Part shown: positions 59,159 to 64,000 of the stretch, piece after piece | Layout of the letters: each line of letters opens with the position of its first letter | Position numbering within the stretch: position 1 is the first letter of the stretch | NCBI GenBank assembly: GCA_963674865.2 | Contig: CAXXYE010000006.1 | Coordinates: forward strand, 128,001 to 192,000 | Direction of reading: 5' to 3' | DNA from: Candidatus Hydrogenedentota bacterium | GTDB lineage: Bacteria; Hydrogenedentota; Hydrogenedentia; Hydrogenedentales; SLHB01 | DNA length: 64,000 nucleotides | Position numbers and translations under genes: made by a program | Notes under the pieces: generated by a model | The model's database searches: none | What the model was told of the DNA's origin: nothing | The model's input: only the letters and a program-made list of their open reading frames with translations

Positions 59159-61233
59159 TGCCGATCATCAACGTCGACCACATCACCAAGGAGTTTCCCA
59201 CGCGCCGCGGCGCACGCGTGATGATCGGCCGCGGCGGCTTGGCCGATTGGCTCCGGGGGCGCAAGCGGGCAAAGTTCAAGGCGCTGGACGACATCTCTTT
59301 CACCGTCGAGCCCGGTGAGTCGCTCGGAATTATCGGGAGCAATGGCTCGGGCAAGAGCACCTTACTCAAGATCCTCGCCGGCGTAACTTTGCCCACCTCC
59401 GGACATGTGACGGTGAACGGCCGTGTGGCCTCGCTTCTCGAACTCGGCGCCGGGTTTCATCCCATCCTTACCGGACGCGAGAACATCTACCTGAACGCCG
59501 GCCTCCTGGGCGTCCGGCACGCACAAGTTCGTGAGGTTTTCGAGCAAATCGTCGCGTTCTCCGGTATCGCCGGGTTCATTGACAATCCCGTGGACACCTA
59601 TTCGAGCGGCATGTTCGTGCGGCTCGCCTTTGCAGTGGCCGTCCACACCAACCCGGACATCTTTCTGGTGGACGAGGTGCTTGCCGTAGGAGACGAGGAG
59701 TTCCAGCGCAGGTGCCGCTACAAAATCGGCGAATTGAAGGAACAGGGCAAAACCATCTGCTTTGTCTCGCACGATCTGGGCATCGTGAACACCGTGTGCG
59801 ATCGAGTCATCCTCCTCAGCAAGGGCCGCATGATCGTCCGCGAGAACATGCAGAAAACCATCGACTTCTACCTGCGCCAGGTGGGCCACGATCAGGGCGT
59901 CCATACATTCAACGCCGGGCCTACCGAGTCGATCCACTGTAACGGCCGCGTCTCCCTCTTCCACAACCAGGAGGAAATCACCGCGTCCACGGGCGGCTTG
60001 ATGAGCCTCGAGTCGCTAGGCCAACACCACCACTCGACAGAGGCAGTGTGGAAAATCGTCGAGGCGTCGCCGGATGGCTGCGTCGCCCACGGTGAAATGG
60101 CCCGCCTGCCCGTCCGCCTGATTTGGGAGATCCGGCTCGAAGAAGGCCGGCTGCGCTGGCACATCGCCATGGAATGCCTCCGCGACGCGCCTATCACCAA
60201 CATCGACGTAAACCTTTTCTTGCCAACGACCTACACGGAGTGGCTCTACGGCGACCTGTCCGGCGTCTTCCCCGATATCCGCCCGGCCGATGTCCTCTGG
60301 AACGTCCTCGTCGCCCCCGAAATGACCGCCCTTGAAGCCGCGGCGCTTCCTCGCGAGGACGCGGCACTGCCGCCGCTCGTAATCCAGATGACGCCCCATA
60401 ATCGCCATTTCGGCATGGTTTGGGCCAACTCGGCCTACGTCGCCTTCAGCCGCGTCTTGACGGCACGTGCCAGGCTTCCTGAACAGGACTGCACCTTTGC
60501 CGAAGGGCGGCACGACTTGCTGACGCTCGATCTGGAGCTTGCCGCCAACCGGGAAAGCGTCCGCGGCAGGATACGCGCCCAACGGACGGTGACGTCGGGG
60601 CCTTTGTCGGCGCGTTTCGAGCAGGGCCGCGTCCGGTTATCCTACGAAGGCGAAGAGCTAACGGCCTTTCTGCACGTGTACGCGTCCATGCTCATCGAGC
60701 ACCTGTGGAATGACAGCCACAGCCTGCAATGGGGCGCGGTATCGAACGCGGAAGACAAGGTGTCAATCACGGGCGAATCCCGGCGCTTCCCCTTCCGGCA
60801 GCAGTGGGAATTGACGGGCATAAAGGACGGTATCGGCCTCACGATCTGGCTCGAGGCGGACGAGGCGTTCGAAGCGCAGGAGTATCATGCATCCGTGGTG
60901 TTGCGGCCCGAGTATGCCTCGTGGCAGACGGATCACGAGGCGGGCGCCTTCGGCGCATTCGACTCGGCCACGAGCAAGTGGCAACACTTGAACAAGAGTT
61001 ATGCGCCCGGCAAGCGTGCGACGGCATCGGCCGCCGGGCTGCCCGCCGTCACGCTCGAGAGCACCGCGGAAGATATCCCGTTCCGGATGACGCCCATCAA
61101 CACCACCTATCGCGAGAACGCCCGCGTGCTCCAAGCGCTACGCCCGTCGGATATGGGGCTGCTTCACTTCGAGCCGGGACGCCACCTCTACTTTAAGGGG
61201 ATCATACGCGTTGAGCCGGCGGCTGAGGCGTAG
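59158..61233 (+). CDS. wzt: Polysaccharide ABC exporter ATPase (Wzt-like) with long duplicated C-terminal extension
   Basis: GSNGSGKST, LELGAGF…LTGREN, YSSGM..RLAF, DEVLAVGD, VSHD; TAATG overlap with wzm. Confidence 0.88.
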   Translation: MPIINVDHITKEFPTRRGARVMIGRGGLADWLRGRKRAKFKALDDISFTVEPGESLGIIGSNGSGKSTLLKILAGVTLPTSGHVTVNGRVASLLELGAGFHPILTGRENIYLNAGLLGVRHAQVREVFEQIVAFSGIAGFIDNPVDTYSSGMFVRLAFAVAVHTNPDIFLVDEVLAVGDEEFQRRCRYKIGELKEQGKTICFVSHDLGIVNTVCDRVILLSKGRMIVRENMQKTIDFYLRQVGHDQGVHTFNAGPTESIHCNGRVSLFHNQEEITASTGGLMSLESLGQHHHSTEAVWKIVEASPDGCVAHGEMARLPVRLIWEIRLEEGRLRWHIAMECLRDAPITNIDVNLFLPTTYTEWLYGDLSGVFPDIRPADVLWNVLVAPEMTALEAAALPREDAALPPLVIQMTPHNRHFGMVWANSAYVAFSRVLTARARLPEQDCTFAEGRHDLLTLDLELAANRESVRGRIRAQRTVTSGPLSARFEQGRVRLSYEGEELTAFLHVYASMLIEHLWNDSHSLQWGAVSNAEDKVSITGESRRFPFRQQWELTGIKDGIGLTIWLEADEAFEAQEYHASVVLRPEYASWQTDHEAGAFGAFDSATSKWQHLNKSYAPGKRATASAAGLPAVTLESTAEDIPFRMTPINTTYRENARVLQALRPSDMGLLHFEPGRHLYFKGIIRVEPAAEA

Positions 61234-61254
61234 GAAGGACTCACGCGATAGGAC

Positions 61255-61833
61255 TTAGGGAAGTTCCTTGGCGGAGGTGATCACCTTCTCGATGAGGCCG
61301 TATTCCTTGGCCTCGTCGGCGTTCATCCAGAAATTGCGATCACTGTCAGCGGCGATCTTCTCGAGGGGCTGCCCCGTCTCTTCCGCGATAAGGTGGTTCA
61401 ATCGCTCGCGGATCTTGATGATCTCCTGCGCCTCGATCCGGATATCCTTCGCTTGGCCTCCCGCGCCTCCGGAAGGTTGGTGCAGTAGAAATCGCGTCCA
61501 GGGGAGCGCGAAACGCTTATCCTTTGCCGCGCCGAATAGGATGGGCACGGCGATACTGGCCACCCAACCGGCACCGATAGCAATGACTTCCGATTCGATG
61601 AAGCGCAACATGTCATAGATGGCAAAACCGGAGTCGACATGGCCTCCCTGGGACGTGATGATCATGCGGATAGGGTCGTGGGACTCCGCGTCAAGCACGA
61701 GCAGTTGCGCAATGATCCGCTCGGCCATTTCGTGATCGACCTCTCCATTGACGAGTATCGTGCGCGTTTTGAGAAGGCGCGTCATGATCCCCTCTTGCTG
61801 GGTGGCCTGTTCCTTTTCATCGTTCTGAGGCAT
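61255..61833 (-). CDS. clpP: ATP-dependent Clp protease proteolytic subunit
   Basis: IAQLLVL, SQGGHV.SGFAIYD, ASIA (catalytic Ser), HQPSGG, DRNFWM.A.EA.EYGL. Confidence 0.9.
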   Translation of the reverse strand: MPQNDEKEQATQQEGIMTRLLKTRTILVNGEVDHEMAERIIAQLLVLDAESHDPIRMIITSQGGHVDSGFAIYDMLRFIESEVIAIGAGWVASIAVPILFGAAKDKRFALPWTRFLLHQPSGGAGGQAKDIRIEAQEIIKIRERLNHLIAEETGQPLEKIAADSDRNFWMNADEAKEYGLIEKVITSAKELP

Positions 61834-61879
61834 GCTTATTCCTTTCACTCGCAGAATCGCCGTGTATTGTGCCATTTAG

Positions 61880-63355
<1,476 letters not shown>

Positions 63356-63383
63356 GGGGCCGTGAGGCCCTCTCGGGAATGAC

Positions 63384-63770
63384 ATGAAGCTGCGGGTATT
63401 GCTGCCGACACACGTCGCCGTGGAAGAGGACGTGCGAAAGGTCACGGCCGAGGCCGTGGACGGCTCGTTCTGCCTGTTGCCGCGCCACGTGGACGTCGTC
63501 GCCCCGCTCGTGCCCGGGATACTGGCGTTTGAGGCGGCCGCGGGCGAGCGATTCCTGGCCGTAAACGGCGGATTACTCGTCAAGTGCGGCGATGAGGTCC
63601 TCGTATCGACGATAGGGGCCGTTGCCGGGCAGCACCTCGAAGAACTGGAGCAGGCAGTGGAAGAGTCTTTCGAGCACCTGAACGAGCGCGAACAACGCGT
63701 CCGCTCCGCTATGGAGAAGATGGAGGCCGACTTCGTGCGGCGATTCATCGAATTACAGGAACGTGCCTGA
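63384..63770 (+). CDS. atpC: ATP synthase epsilon subunit (N-ATPase type)
   Basis: DGSFCLLPRHVD…LVPG, C-terminal helical hairpin; follows atpD. Confidence 0.88.
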   Translation: MKLRVLLPTHVAVEEDVRKVTAEAVDGSFCLLPRHVDVVAPLVPGILAFEAAAGERFLAVNGGLLVKCGDEVLVSTIGAVAGQHLEELEQAVEESFEHLNEREQRVRSAMEKMEADFVRRFIELQERA

Positions 63771-64000
63771 GAAGGAGCGCGAGAAGCGTGATACGCACGG
63801 CCGCGAGCGGTTCACCGGCGCGGTTGGGAAGAAGGCATCGCGCAAGATCACGGCGCGCGCCAAAGCAGGCGAGGGCATCTGGTTTTGGTTAGGCATGATG
63901 GGATTGGTCGGCTGGTCGGTGTCGGTACCGACGCTGGCCGGCGTCTTTCTCGGGCAGTGGATCGACCGCCGCTGGCCCAGCGATGTTTCGTGGACGCTCA
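63763..64000 (+). CDS. AtpQ/AtpZ (ATPase gene 1)-like membrane protein, truncated by window end
   Basis: Manual translation MPEKER…KASRKI.AR…IWFWLGMMGLVGWSVSVPTLAGVFLGQWIDRRWP…SWTL. Confidence 0.8.
   Translation, partial: MPEKEREKRDTHGRERFTGAVGKKASRKITARAKAGEGIWFWLGMMGLVGWSVSVPTLAGVFLGQWIDRRWPSDVSWTL

Overview
GC-rich bacterial chromosomal window from a diderm organism (BamD, LptE and TolC are present). It is densely coding, and I saw no integrase, transposase, prophage or CRISPR array. Housekeeping genes: rel, uvrB, miaB-mtaB-larE, bamD-lptE-holA, recJ, cmk, mtnA, glgC, a purH-like gene with a ZTP riboswitch, clpP, tRNA-Ser(GCT) and the start of an atpD-first (N-ATPase-type) operon. Accessory content: three DUF2961/GH172 glycosidases, a sulfatase, a TauE exporter, a BNR protein, a large unknown GH-like protein, an ArsR/ArsP/thioredoxin/CcdA redox cassette, a carbamoyltransferase-SxtJ-DUF5989 trio divergent from Wzm/Wzt, and an ABC-2 exporter with two FG-GAP proteins. 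The most unusual architectures are two tandem Na/Pi cotransporters fused to lipoprotein-anchored Ig-like domains, a GH3+PKD protein lacking its catalytic motifs and carrying a C11 tract, a Wzt with a tandemly duplicated ~227-aa C-terminal module, and a MacB-PCD-like/SpoIIM-like fusion. All family calls are from motif recognition by eye; no database searches were run.
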